NCBI RefSeq assembly: GCF_964188315.1
Contig: NC_135661.1
Coordinates: 60,140,001-60,204,000 of the forward strand
DNA: 64,000 bases
Reading direction: 5' to 3'
DNA from: Podarcis muralis
Lineage: Eukaryota
The position numbers were made by a program, and so were the translations under genes. The notes beneath the pieces were generated by a model. That model was not told the origin of the DNA. It did not search any database and worked only from the letters and a program-made list of their open reading frames with translations. Below, one piece after another: positions 1 through 11,530 of this stretch (position 1 is its first letter; every line of letters starts with the position of its first letter).

Positions 1-94
1 ATGTACTCAAGATGTGATGGAGTCATCGCTAAGGGCATTACGATCAACAGATGAAACTTGTTAAGTCTTACTACGGCTTGATGATCATCTGTTT

Positions 95-463
95 ATGGTG
101 ATGTGGAGGTGGCCCTTTTCACTGGTGTCACTGGTGTTGTGGAATTCACTTCCTGCCAAAATACCATCTGTACTGGCATTCTTCTAAGTTTTGAAGATGC
201 ACCTGTTTACAGAGGCATTCCCTTGATCTCTTGACCCGAGTCTCCCGTTTTAATTACTGCACTGTTTTAATGGAATTGCTTTATTGCATATATTAAATTG
301 TGGAAGTTTATATTTTAATGTTTTAATGGGATTGTTTTATAGTGTGTTTTAATCATGGTGCATTTTTAATTATTCTGTATTTTAACAATGTTCTTCAATT
401 AGTTTTTATGTTTTGCAACTGCTTAGAAGTCAACTGGGCACTCAGCAGTATAATAATAATAAT
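95..463 (+). mobile_element. Old L2 LINE 3' end remnant
   Basis: Degraded 'LWNSLP...LKMHLFTEAF'-type ORF2 C-terminus (tgtggaattcacttcct...gatgcacctgtttacagaggcatt), then a T-rich 3' UTR ending in a (taa)n tail at ~449-463. Confidence 0.6.
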
Positions 464-743
464 ACCCCAGAGCTATGTATGGAGCCGAGCATTGCTCAAA
501 AGAACATGTGTAACAAAGAAGGAAGATGGTCTCAGGAGGAAGTTCTCAGGAAGTGGTGTCCAGTAATTTGCAGGTAAATATGTTTGCAAGGCAGCTGTGT
601 AGGAACTTTTGCAGCCGTAGAGCCAAACTCCCTCATGAGGAACCTTTCAGTGGCACATACCTGTGATGAGTGGAATCAAAGGCAAAAGTGAGTGGACCAA
701 TAGATGTGAATCATACCTTTGTACAGTCTGCAATGCCCAAGCC

Positions 744-920
744 ATACAAAAGTTCAAAGTGCTGGCCATGACCTATGAAACCCCATATGGCTTCAGTCTA
801 GGCTACCTGGAAGATTGTATCTCCATATATGAACCTGCCCAGGCATTAAGATCCTCAGATGAGCACCTTCTGTCAGTCCCGTTCACATCAGAGGCATGGT
901 TGGTGATGACATGAGAGAGA
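744..920 (+). mobile_element. L2 LINE ORF2 fragment (degraded)
   Basis: Translates to KFKVLAMTYETPYGFSLGYLEDCISIYEPAQALRSSDEHLLSVP, homologous to the FKVLVLTFKALNGLGPVYLKERL...LRSSAEGLLAVP segment of the younger L2 at 17649. Confidence 0.75.
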
Positions 921-924
921 ACAT

Positions 925-1300
925 CCTCAAGGCTGGATTACTGTAATGCATTGTATATGTGGCTGCCCTTGGGCCTGGTTCAGAAGCTCCAGCTGGTGCA
1001 GAATGAGTGGCCAGACTGCTAGCAGGAGCTTCTGGTCAAGAACATGTGGCATCTTGGTTAAAACAGCTGCACTGGCTGCCCCCTTACTACCAAGTCAGGC
1101 TGAAGGCTCTTGTATTAATTTACAAAGACCTGAACAACTTGGCTCACCTGAACCCTTATAGCCCAGCTTCATCAGTGAGATCATCTGCAGGAGCACCACT
1201 GGTCACTCTCTGAGTTGGTGAGGCTCATTTGGCAACAACAACAAAATGAATCTTTAACATCATTGGCCCAGTCCTATGGAATACTCTGCCAATAGAAATT
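925..1300 (+). mobile_element. L2 LINE ORF2 fragment (degraded)
   Basis: RLDYCNALY..LP...KLQLVQN, ARLLAG...LKQLHWLP...KALVLIYK motifs, matching the L2 post-RT region (compare RLDHCNALYVGLP...KLQLIQNAAARL at ~50030-50110). Confidence 0.8.
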
Positions 1301-1369
1301 GCAGGGAAGCTGTTTTAAGCTGAACAGTAGGGGAGACATCCTAAGAGAAAGAGTGGGGCAGACTTGTGA

Positions 1370-1492
1370 GGTCATGGACTCTCCTTTGCAGTTGACCATC
1401 AATCAGAGAAGCTGCAGTTGCAAGATCCCTGCATTGAGCAATGAAGGCTAGACTAGATTACTTCCAATGTCCCTCCTGACTCTATGATTCTA
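1370..1492 (+). mobile_element. CR1-type 3' end remnant
   Basis: cctgcattgagc...gactagattacttccaatgtccctcctgactctatgattcta is the degraded CR1 3' terminal motif. Confidence 0.6.
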
Positions 1493-1898
1493 CAGATCCC
1501 ACCCTTCCAGCTCACCTGGGTTCAAATGCAAGGCACATCGTCAGCTTGCTCTGTGGCAGCTGGGAGCATTTGCCCAATAAATAGGGTGACAGCTGTATCA
1601 GGGGATGGTGGGTGGGAGGCTCGGAGTTCAATCCTAGTTTTTCTGGAGCACATTCAGCTTTCCACCCAAACCCTAAACCACATTTTGTGTGTTTATTTCC
1701 GCAGGGAAACTGTCACTCTTATATTATGAAATAGATTAAACAGCTGTTCCCACTTAACATTTCCCCCAAAACAATCAGCGATTTTATAAACCTCTCATTC
1801 CCGCCCCCTTAGCCATTTCTTTGCAAAACTAAAAAGCCCTACTCTTTTTAGTCTTTGCAACAGAAATTGTTCAGCAGCAATGATTACATTCATTGCAA

Positions 1899-2034
1899 CA
1901 GCATCCACCAACCTGGTTCCCCTCCATATGTTTGGGACTATAACTCCCATCAGCCCCAGCTAGCACAACCATTCTGCCTGGATATGATGGGAGTTGTAGT
2001 CCAAAACATCTAGAGGGCACCAGTTGGCAAAGGC
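1899..2034. mobile_element. Palindromic hAT-type MITE (degraded copy)
   Basis: ~43-bp imperfect inverted arms (ccaacctggttcccctccatatgtttgggactataactcccatca / tgatgggagttgtagtccaaaacatctagagggcaccagttgg). Related to the TSD-bounded copies at 27137 and 45894. Confidence 0.7.
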
Positions 2035-2117
2035 TTATTTGCAGGTGTGTGTGTTTGAAATGCTAGAGTTGGGCCCCGGAATCAGAATTTCCACTGTGGG
2101 GCAAGACCTATAGCTGA

Positions 2118-3115
2118 AGAATCATAGAATCATAGAGTTGGAATAACCACAAGGGCCATCGAGTCCAACCCCCTGCCAAGCAGGAAACACCATCAGAGCA
2201 CTCCTGACATATGGTTGTCAAGCCTCTGCTTAAAGACCTCCAAAGAAGGAGACTCCACCACACTCCTTGGCAGCAAATTCCACTGTCGAACAGCTCTTAC
2301 TGTCAGGAAGTTCTTCCTAATGTTTAGGTGGAATCTTCTTTCTTGTAGTTTGGATCCATTGCTCTGTGTCCGCTTCTCTGGAGCAGCAGAAAACAACCTT
2401 TCTCCCTCCTCTATATGACATCCTTTTATATATTTGAACATGGCTATCATATCACCCCTTAACCTCCTCTTCTCCAGGCTAAACATGCCCAGCTCCCTTA
2501 GCCGTTCCTCATAAGGCATCGTTTCCAGGCCTTTGACCATTTTGGTTGCCCTCCTCTGGACACGTTCCAGTTTGTCAGTGTCCTTCTTGAACTGTGGTGC
2601 CCAGAACTGGACACAGTACTCCAGGTGAGGTCTGACCAGAGCAGAATACAGTGGCACTATTACTTCCCTTGATCTAGATGCTATACTCCTATTGATGCAG
2701 CCCAGAATTGCATTGGCTTTTTTAGCTGCCGCGTCACACTGTTGGCTCATGTCAAGTTTGTGGTCAACCAAGACTCCTAGATCCTTTTCACATGTACTGC
2801 TCACAAGCCAGGTGTCCCCCATCTTGTATTTGTGCCTCTCGGTTTTTTTTTGCCCAAGTGCAATACTTTACATTTCTCCCTGTTAAAGTTCATCTTGTTT
2901 GTTTTGGCCCAGTTCTCTAATCTGTCAAGATCGTTTTGAAGTGTGATCCTGTCCTCTGGGGTGTTAGCCACCCCTCCCAGTTTGGTGTCATCTGCAAATT
3001 TGATCAGGATGCCCTTGAGTCCATCATCCAAGTCGTTGATAAAGATGTTGAATAAGACTGGGCCCAAGACAGAACCCTGTGGCACCCCACTAGTCACTCT
3101 TCTCCAGGATGAAGA
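2118..3115 (-). mobile_element. Young 5'-truncated CR1 LINE (~1 kb)
   Basis: RT motifs [20 protein letters not shown] and [10 protein letters not shown]; C-terminus [13 protein letters not shown]...[11 protein letters not shown]; CR1 3' UTR ending in (ATTCTATG)n repeats at 2118-2136. Confidence 0.97.
2193..3097 (-). pseudogene. CR1 ORF2 reverse transcriptase C-terminal remnant (one frameshift)
   Basis: ORFs 2801..3097 and 2193..2822 join into one RT reading frame through a frameshift near the T-run at ~2842-2850. Confidence 0.93.
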
Positions 3116-3299
3116 AGCTCCCCCTAAGAGCCTGTAGAATGCCCACTCTTAGCACTTACATATTTCCAGTACATGGCCAGAGTCTCCAAGTCAGAGGGCC
3201 ATCCTTGGCTCTTCAACCAGCCTTTTGAATCCCACAAGTGAACTTCCAATGGATTGTCGCTACCATGGGAGAAGATCCTCAGGCCCATCGTCACCCATT

Positions 3300-3520
3300 C
3301 AAAAAGCGGGAGCTGTTCTGGTGCTGAAAGCAGCCTGTCCAGAGGTGGTGCCTGTTTTCAGGAACGGCCTCCCCTGAGAAGATTGCCAAGCAATTTCATT
3401 GTCTGCCTTCCATTGCTTCATTAAATCTATTTTTACTCACTCGTTGATTATAGTTGGCAGTTGCTGTTTACTATTTCCTATGGATGCTGTTTTGATTATT
3501 TTGATGCTTGGTTTTATACT
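3300..3520 (+). mobile_element. Possible very old L2 3' remnant
   Basis: ggaacggcctcccctgagaagattgccaagcaatttcattgtctgccttc resembles WNGLP..IRQA.SL..F, followed by a T-rich UTR-like tract. Heavily decayed. Confidence 0.35.
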
Positions 3521-4636
3521 ATAATTAATTCCTTAGGCATTTTCCCCTGGATAGGAGACTGATAGATACTGTAAATCACAGGGCCAGCTCCATACTTGTT
3601 TGAGGGCTTTAAGGCAGGTGGTCCTCAGTGGGCCATTCGCCTCCTCCCTGCACTTGCTCACTTGCACCCTCTCTGCCTCAAGCCCAATCTCAACATCTGC
3701 CATGGGGGGGAGTGGGTAGGCAGGCATGTGAGCTTCTGCTCATACCCACTGCTTGCTGGTGCTTTGCCTTTGGGCCAGAATAAGTGAGCAAGTGGCAAGG
3801 GCAAGAGGAGCAGCTGCAGGCCAGAGGGCTCAGGTGGTCAGCAAGTGCCCAGTGATGCCACCTCCTGATGCTGCCCCTGGTAAATCTATAGACCTCTCAC
3901 CTCTCTTGCACAGCTGAGATGCAGATTCAATTGGTCATCATTGCAACAACACATCATAGCGACCCGCTCTGTTGAAATAATTCCAGCACAAAGCCGTCAA
4001 AGATAGGCATGAAGCCATAACAGCGTATATCAAATGCATAACTCAGGTAGGAGCTATGAAGGCGGACATAAAGGGAATCTGTTTATGGCCCGCTCATAAA
4101 CCAGCAGCTGTTTCCTTTGGCAGAGTGTCATTGGGCAGGGGTTGCTATCAAGATAATAACATCTGGATGTGTAGAGCAATAGCCTGGGCAGTAATATTTG
4201 GTTTCAATTTGGGGGTTCAAAATAGCAGTTATGGTGGACAAGAAATGTTTATCCTCAAACCACTTAGAGTATTCATAATCATTTCCTCCGCAAATCCTAT
4301 TTGGTGCCATTCTTTCATTAGTTGCTGCTACACAGTCATTTTCTCCCAAGCTGTTCCTTCTTTCTCCTTCCTGCATCAGTCATATGGGTCATCCCACCCA
4401 ATCAGAGATCATGTAGTAAATTGGATGTCACTATTAGGGATCACACAGTAAATTGGATGACATCATGGTGTTATATAGTAATCTGATTTCACTGCTTGAG
4501 GGAGATACTGAGGACAAATGAGGGCAATTGAGAGCGAATGAAACAAGCCATATTTTTGTAAAGACTGCTGGAAAATCATTGGAAATGGGAGGCATAAAGC
4601 AGTGCTTTGTTTCAGCAAAACCCCAATATTTAAGTA

Positions 4637-4862
4637 CAGTGGTACCTTGGGTTACATACGCTTCAGGTTACAGACTTCGCTAACCCAGAAATATTACCTC
4701 GGGTTAAGAACTTTGCTTCAGGATAAGAACAGAAATTGTGCTCCAGCAGCGCGGCAGCAGCAGGAGGCCCCATTAGCTAAAGTGGTGCTTCAGGTTAAGA
4801 ACAGTTTCAGGTTAAGAACGGACCTCCGGAACGAATTAAGTACTTAACCTGAGGTACCACTG
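4637..4862. mobile_element. Tc1/mariner (Tigger-type) non-autonomous MITE, complete
   Basis: TIRs CAGTGGTACCT...AGGTACCACTG flanked by TA on both sides (4635-36, 4863-64). Confidence 0.93.
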
Positions 4863-6082
4863 TATGTGCTTAAATGGAAGGGCTTAAATCTATGCATGTC
4901 TACTCAGAAGTAAACCCTATTGAGTTCATTAAGGCTTATTCCAGGGTGAGTACAATTGCTGCCTTAAGTGCTTAATTGCCTATTGTAATTTTCATCTTTG
5001 CCTACTAACGTTAATGATAATATTAATGAGTGATAATAATGAATAACTGCAGCCACCCCAGTTTCTCAGTTGAATCACCAATGTGAGTTAAAACTAAAAG
5101 AGAGAGAAAATTGCCAAGACGGTGAACATCAAAGACTGCGTGTGAGTCAGACAATTTTCATTGTTTCAAAGATAATAGCTTTCAGTATTTGATAGGGCAC
5201 TGTGATTTGTGGTTTGTGTACCAGTTTCTTCGAGATATCTTTTACAATTCCTTGACACTAATCCATTTATGGAAAGTACTACTGGGATAATTTCAACTTC
5301 AGATAATTTATATGTAGATATTTTAATTTCCCTTTTCAGCCCCACATAGTTTTATAAAACCTTCTGCTTTGCAGCTTTAATACTGACATCCATCAGCTGG
5401 TCTCATGGTAGCTCCTGACAACTCCTGTTTCCTCTTCCTTCTTTCAGTACACCTAATGGGCCCGATCCTTAATGAAGCCTCTCATCTGCAAGGAATCGGC
5501 CTTCTGCAAGCACACAGATGTGACTTGGAACATGCATGCTCATTGCCACAGGTCCGCCCTAGAACATATGGCAGGCCTTACTCTCAGTGCTGGAAAATCA
5601 TGCCAGATGCCACAGGACTGGGATAAATCTCCAGGCAGTCTTCCATCTGTGCCTGTGCTGAACTCTAGAAGCTCTTATTGTGAAAACTAGTTTCATTACA
5701 GGGGTGATGGGAGCTGTAGTCCAGCAACATCTAGAGGAGGGCCATGGGTTCAGAGTTCCTGATTAAGCCAAGGGAAGCTGTATGCTGAAGATTCTTGCAT
5801 GCATGCACCATCCCTCTTGTTGAATGCATGCTTGTCGGATGCATGTGAAACAAAATGTCACATGCAGCTTCCTTCAACTGGATCAGGAACTACCTGTGCA
5901 TAGTAGAATCTAGGTTGGGTGGGTGCAATCTAGAATGCACATGGCACTAGAGAGGATGTTATATCAGGACAATGCAGGCATTTCAGACCTGGAATAATCT
6001 GGGGTTTCCAGGGAACCATTGTAGTATTTCACCTAGAGGTCTGATCATGACCACTGATGCTGTATTGAATTGCTACAGCAGT

Positions 6083-6270
6083 TGGGGAAGGGCAGTTAGC
6101 TTAAGAGCAGAGTACATGCTTTGCATGCCAAAGGTCCCAAGTCCAATCCCTGGTGTCTCCATGTATATTGAGGTAGAAACCCCTACCTGAAACCCTGTGG
6201 AGCCAGTCAGTGTTGATAATACTGAGTTAGATGGACCATTGGTCTCATTTGCTATCAGGCAACTTCCCAT
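6083..6270 (+). mobile_element. Squam2-type tRNA(Ala)-derived SINE
   Basis: Head ...agcttaagagcagagtacatgctttgcatgccaaaggtcccaagtccaatccctgg (A/B-box remnants); body gccagtcagtgttgataatactgagttagatggacca is shared with many copies in the window. Confidence 0.75.
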
Positions 6271-7895
6271 GGGATGTGTGGTAAGGAGCTGTCAGCCAGC
6301 AGCTGCAACATTGGAAGCAGCTTTACTGCCACTGGGCCATGAGTTCTCAAGCATGTTTGGAAGCATGCTACAGCTGTAGGGGTCCTGCAAGAAAGAGGAG
6401 ATGCTTAAATGATGAGGCACGGGAGCCTCTAGTGGACAATGTCTGCCTCCTGTTTCTGGAATGGTATCAGTCCTGAAACATCTGGGGAAAGCAGATGGGT
6501 GGAGACAAGAGGGAAACAGGGAGAAAGGCAAGGCAGGTGAGCGAGATCTTCTCTTTAGGTACCAAATAGAAATGCTTATTGCAGGAACTCTTTGATGCTG
6601 TAGACTCACAGTCTCTATCTGAGGTCTCTCTCCTCCTCTTACCTGCCATCCATTGGAAGGTAGCAAGGGTGCAGGTATGAGCAAAAACTGGCGTTTGGGG
6701 AAAGGGAGAACTTGAGGGTCCCCTCTGGGTTTCTTCGGAAACAACTGTCTGTGATGGAATATATTCCCCATCCACACAGCACAACTGGATTAAGGAGCAT
6801 GTCCTGGGCATGCGACCCTTGCAACAATTTCTTGTTCTTTAAATATGCCCTATAATAATTGAGCAGAAATACAGCAATTGACAGGATTAACAGCTGGCAA
6901 TGTTAAAACACATTAAAATTTCTCCATCGTGCCCTGACAGCCTCTGCCCAAGTTGTAAATCTGGAAGTAACCATTGATTTTGGCAAGAGACCCTGGCTGT
7001 GCATAGACGATGGGTTCCCCATTAACTCATAATGCTCATTGTCCTCGGGGGACTAGTCAGGTGAAACCTGTTGGTTGCCTTTTTCTAAGAGGCTGGTAAT
7101 TTCCCAACTAATGAAAATTATAATGCAGGCGATAAGAACTGTACATGTCATTTTTCTTTGCATTTGCGTAGCAAAATTCTACTCTATTTTGATGCTAAAT
7201 ATCCTCTCAATATTCCAGCATGTGGCAATCATTTTATGTTCAACACCAATATTTTGACATGTGACAGTGTTTGTGTTTTCGTTGTTATTTATTTGATTAG
7301 ATAACATCCTGCTGGTGTTGCACGTGGCTGCTACGGGGCGTGCTGATGTTGCACAATTTGTGAGTGCCTGGTCCCTTTATGGAAAATGTTATGGGTCCTT
7401 GGGCGCCCCGGGCCCCGGGGAGTCAGCGCCTATAGCACTGCCTGTTACTGCTGCCACTGCCAGATAAAACCACAATATAAAAACACAAAAGACATAATAA
7501 AAAATCAAACAAGAACACCATTAGCCAATCTGAAATGTTGCACAAATCCAAAGCTTTCTGCTAAATTTTAAAATTTAGTTCTCAGATTTTGAAATGTTCA
7601 CATTTTGGTTTTTAGGATCCAATTTAGGATCCTTTCTTTGCTTCCTCAAACACCTTTTCTCCTTCTACTTGCTATTAAACTTTATGCTTACGAGGACAAG
7701 TTCTCAGTCCTGTTGTAGGAGGGGTGGGTGGTGGGTGGGGATTCCTGGTTCCTGGCTCCCTGCTGATCCAATGTTTTGCTGCAGAGATCATGAAGCCTCC
7801 CTCCTGCACTTCCTCCCAGCTGGAAAATTCCTGGGAGATGAAGAAATGCTTATAGTGGATAAGCTCCATCTTTGTAATTAAACAGGTTGCCTGTG

Positions 7896-7909
7896 GTTGC
7901 CATGGCACC
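7896..7909 (+). promoter_or_regulatory. RFX X-box-like motif
   Basis: GTTGCCATGGCACC is a 13/14 match to the GTTGCCATGGCAAC palindrome, with a TAATTA site ~20 bp upstream. Motif match only. Confidence 0.3.
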
Positions 7910-8282
7910 AAAGGCAGGGAGTGGAGCTGTGTATCATGGCAGTGACTTGATGGCAGTAAGCCCATCGGCATGGTGGACAACTGTTACTATACAGATGGAG
8001 GCCCCTGCATCTGATTCCTAGCTAAGAACCCCAGTCTATCTAAGAACTAAGAACTTGAAAGCTTCAGAGGAACCCAGTACTACACCAGCCCAACAAGGCT
8101 AGAAGCTTCCCTTAGCTTGGCAGGTCTCTGATGTCAGATTCTGCTGTCACTCTGGGATCAAATTTGCATGCCTCTGAAATGCTGTTCATATGCTGTAGGG
8201 CCTAGCTGTCTTGCTGGAGGGGGGAAACTACCCTTTTAGCCTTGCTTTGGATAGATGCCACAGCTCCATTCTGCAACAACCA

Positions 8283-8659
8283 TACTAATACTACTACTAA
8301 TAATAATACTAATAATTTATTATTTATACCCTGCCCATCTGGCTGGGCTTCCCCAGCCACTCTGGGCGGCTTCCAAAAAAATATTAAAATACTGTAATAC
8401 ATCAAACATTAAAAGCTTCCCTAAACAGGGCTGCCTTCAGATGTCTTCTAAAAGTCTGGTAGTTGTTGTTCTCTTTGACATCTGGTGGGAGGGCGTTCCA
8501 CAGGGAGGGCACCACTACAGAGAAGGCCCTCTGTCTGGTTCCCTGTAACTTAGCTTCTTGCAGTGAGGGAACCGCCAGAAGGCCCTCGGTGCTGGACCTC
8601 AGGGTCCGGGTAGAACGATGGGGGGGAGACGCTCCTTCAGATATACTGGACTGAGGCAG
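8283..8659 (-). mobile_element. Young L2 LINE 3' end, 5'-truncated
   Basis: LRSSTEGLLAVPSLQEAKLQGTRQRAFSVVVPSLWNALPPDVKENNNYQTFRRHLKAALFREAFNV, plus 3' UTR and (TAT/TAG)n tail. Same family as 49536-53095. Confidence 0.93.
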
Positions 8660-8897
8660 ATGATGAGCAAAAAAGGAGCTAGCTTGAACTGCTGCCAGCC
8701 CAAGCCAGGGATGTAGCTCCACTCCCATGCCATGATTAGCGCAGCTGAGCAACTGGGTGCCCCGACTGTGTGGAGCTCCTACTCATGAGCTGATACTTGT
8801 GTGGGGGGTATTACTCTGCAGGAGTGGAAATGTGGCCGCATAGCTAAAAGCAGAGTCCCGCTCCTCCATCAGCACATCAAGGACCTGCACATGAGTA

Positions 8898-9013
8898 GCT
8901 CCAGTTGTTTTTGGACTACAACTCCCATCATTCCTAGCTAGCAGAATCAGTGGTCAGGGATGGTAGGAACTGTAGTTCAGAAACAGCTGGAGACCCAAGT
9001 TTGGGAAACCTTG
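8898..9013. mobile_element. Palindromic hAT-type MITE, left end truncated
   Basis: ctccagttgtttttggactacaactcccatca...gctggagacccaagtttgggaaacc matches the 45894 copy. Confidence 0.75.
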
Positions 9014-9019
9014 CCCTGG

Positions 9020-9186
9020 TGTAATGCATTTTTGTTCTCATTACCTGGCTGGAGAGCTGCATTGCAAAATAGTGTGAAATTTGATGGATGGCTGTGTTTT
9101 GGTTCACATATTGTTTTAGGGAAGTGCAAATTAGGTAGATTTGCCTTTAAATGCAAATTTAATTAGATAGATTTTCTTTAATCCCT
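9020..9186. repeat. Unclassified AT-rich dispersed repeat (partial)
   Basis: gcattgcaaaat...gatggctgtgttttggttcacatattg...ttaggtagatttgcctttaaatgc...atccct is shared with 26700-27001, 35030-35625 and 39413-40840. Confidence 0.7.
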
Positions 9187-10399
9187 AATGCTAAGCGCCA
9201 AACATCAGATTTTCCCAGCCCTGCCATTTAAAGCTATCTATCATTCTACCTTGCCTCCCTTTTGTACCCTTTCTACAACACCCCCATGCTTGGTCTACCC
9301 TTACTGTCAGCCCCTTTAGTCCTGCTCCTCCCTGACACTGGGACAGCCCTCCCTGTCCACAACACATCTTCCTTCCTCTCCTCCTTCAAAGCCCTCTCCA
9401 AACCCCCTCCATCTTCAGGCCCCTCTTTCCAGAACCTCCCAGGCCACAGCATGAAATTTTATGACTTCAAAAGCTGTTTTCTATGTGTGCAGCAAAGTGT
9501 ACTAGAGAAATTAATTAGTCACTAACAGGCCACCTGCCTGGCTATTAGCAATAGGCAGTTCCCATGCTTAAAGTGAGCTAGGTAATGAATAATGATTATT
9601 TCCATTATGCGGAAATGCAGGGCCTGCGGTATTAACATTTAAAAAAAGAAGCAGAAGCAAAATCAAGGGGCTTCTATTAAGACAGAGTGCCTGCCGTCTG
9701 CTTTGTGGATCAGCCTGTTCTTAAAGGTATATTTTCTTGGGGGAGGGGGTCCTCCCTGTCTGGTGCCTCAAGCTCCCCCCCCCCCTTTAATGAAGCAATC
9801 TACCCTGGGTTCACTTGCCAAGGACACCTAGACTCTTAAGTTGCCTGTCTGTGGTGAAGCCAACAGCAAGCTCTTCTTGCAGCTGGGAGACTCGAGTTGA
9901 GGTCCCGTCTAGAGATGGGGAGGGATTTGTGCAGTTTGGCCCCTAAACAAGCTCAAATTCCCCACTCAGGCACAAGGCTCACAGGACAACTCTCAGGCAG
10001 TCAGTCTCTCACCCAACATACTTCACAAAGTTATGGTTATTGTGAGGGTGAAATGGGGAGGCTGGAGTCCATTTAGAACCCTGATCTCAGCTACAAATGC
10101 CACAAATAAATAAAGAGGATAAAGTTGGGTTCTGTAGCAAGGAGATCTATGCATAATGTCCTCTGACTTGACTAGTAGATCAATCTGCAGCTTTCTCCCA
10201 GCTGTAATTTATTCTATTTCCTCACCTAATCACCAGAGGAGCAGCAAGGTGGTACACAGAACAGGGCAATAAAGTTGCCTGGTCAGGAGCATCCCAAACC
10301 CTGAAATGCCAAGCCCCAAACCTGAGACCTAAGAGCTTCCCCAGGGATACTTCCTCTCACCGCTGAGCCCTAGCGTCAGAGGAGGGAGCAAAGGAGGTC

Positions 10400-10726
10400 T
10401 GTTATATACTGAGTTGAATAGGGTCCAAAATGCAGCAGTCTGGTGGTCCTAGAACAATAGGATCCAAAATGCAGCAGTCTGATTGGTCCTAGAACAATGC
10501 AGCAGTCTGATTGGTCCGCAGGAGCCACCCAATCCAGCTCCAGGTGGAAGTGAATCCACAACCTGATTGGCCTACAGGAGAATCCCAGAATTAGCCAATC
10601 ACATGCAGCCCATTGTGTAAATAATATGTATATAAAGCACATATTGTGGGGGGACTTCCGTTCCTCCTCACCACTATGAGCTGAATAAAGAGCATGAAAT
10701 CCATTCTCGACTCCGAGTATCCCCCA
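10400..10726 (+). mobile_element. Solo LTR of an LTR retroelement
   Basis: Begins TGTTATATACTGAG and ends ...GAGTATCCCCCA. Contains internal tandem repeats with several GATTGG/CCAAT boxes, then TATATAAAG and AATAAA in the expected U3-R order. No clean TSD seen, so the right edge is uncertain. Confidence 0.7.
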
Positions 10727-11399
10727 CCCTGAGAGTATATGCATTAATTTGCAGCCAGCTCCTGCCAGTCTGAATCTTGCAAGGTAGATGCATAGTGTAT
10801 GTGTATATTTATGCAGTCTCACCCGCCTGCAGAGGGTCGGGCAAACCTGGAGGTCTGGCAACTTCACGTGGCAGCCCCACAACAGCCTCCCTGGCAAGAT
10901 GGCTCTGCTCACTCACTTCCCTGCTCTGCGAACCTCTCTCCCTTTAGATCTCCGCAGCAGCAAGAGAATTTAAGCTGCCCAAAGGATGTTGGGTGAATGC
11001 TGGGAGTCGGCCACCTTGCCTATTAGCGGGGAAACATTTGTCCTCCAAGCCTTGGTGTGTCTTGTCTGTTCAACCTCCTGGGCCTTGTCTGTACACAAGC
11101 AGGCATCAGTAGCAAAGCACCCCAGCGGTTGGGGGAAGCTCCATTAATTAGCAAACACAGTTGCAGCGGCAGACAGAGCATATAGGCCTCGCATGATCGA
11201 CAAAATCCTCTGCTTGTTACTGTGGCTAAGATGTGTGAACACACACGCACCTCCAATTGACCTTTATCAGGACCGGAATAGAATAGATTGACTTGTGCTT
11301 GAATTTTCTCCTGTGGTTCCCCCTCCTCGCCCCACCATTCTCCATCAATTATCTAGAAAACAAGTTGAAAAGAAATTCCCATCTCTGGAAGTCACAGGA

Positions 11400-11530
11400 G
11401 GGGAGAGGGCTCTTGTGCCCAGGTCCTGCTTGCTGTTTGCTGTTTGCTGCTTGGCCACTGTGAGAACGGGAGGCTGGACTAGATGGGCCACAGGCCTGAT
11501 CCAGCAAGCTCCTCTGGTGATTTTATGTTG
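11400..11530 (+). mobile_element. Old CR1 3' UTR end
   Basis: ttggccactgtgagaacgggaggctggactagatgggccacaggcctgatccagca matches the CR1 tail at ~46140-46200. Confidence 0.6.
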
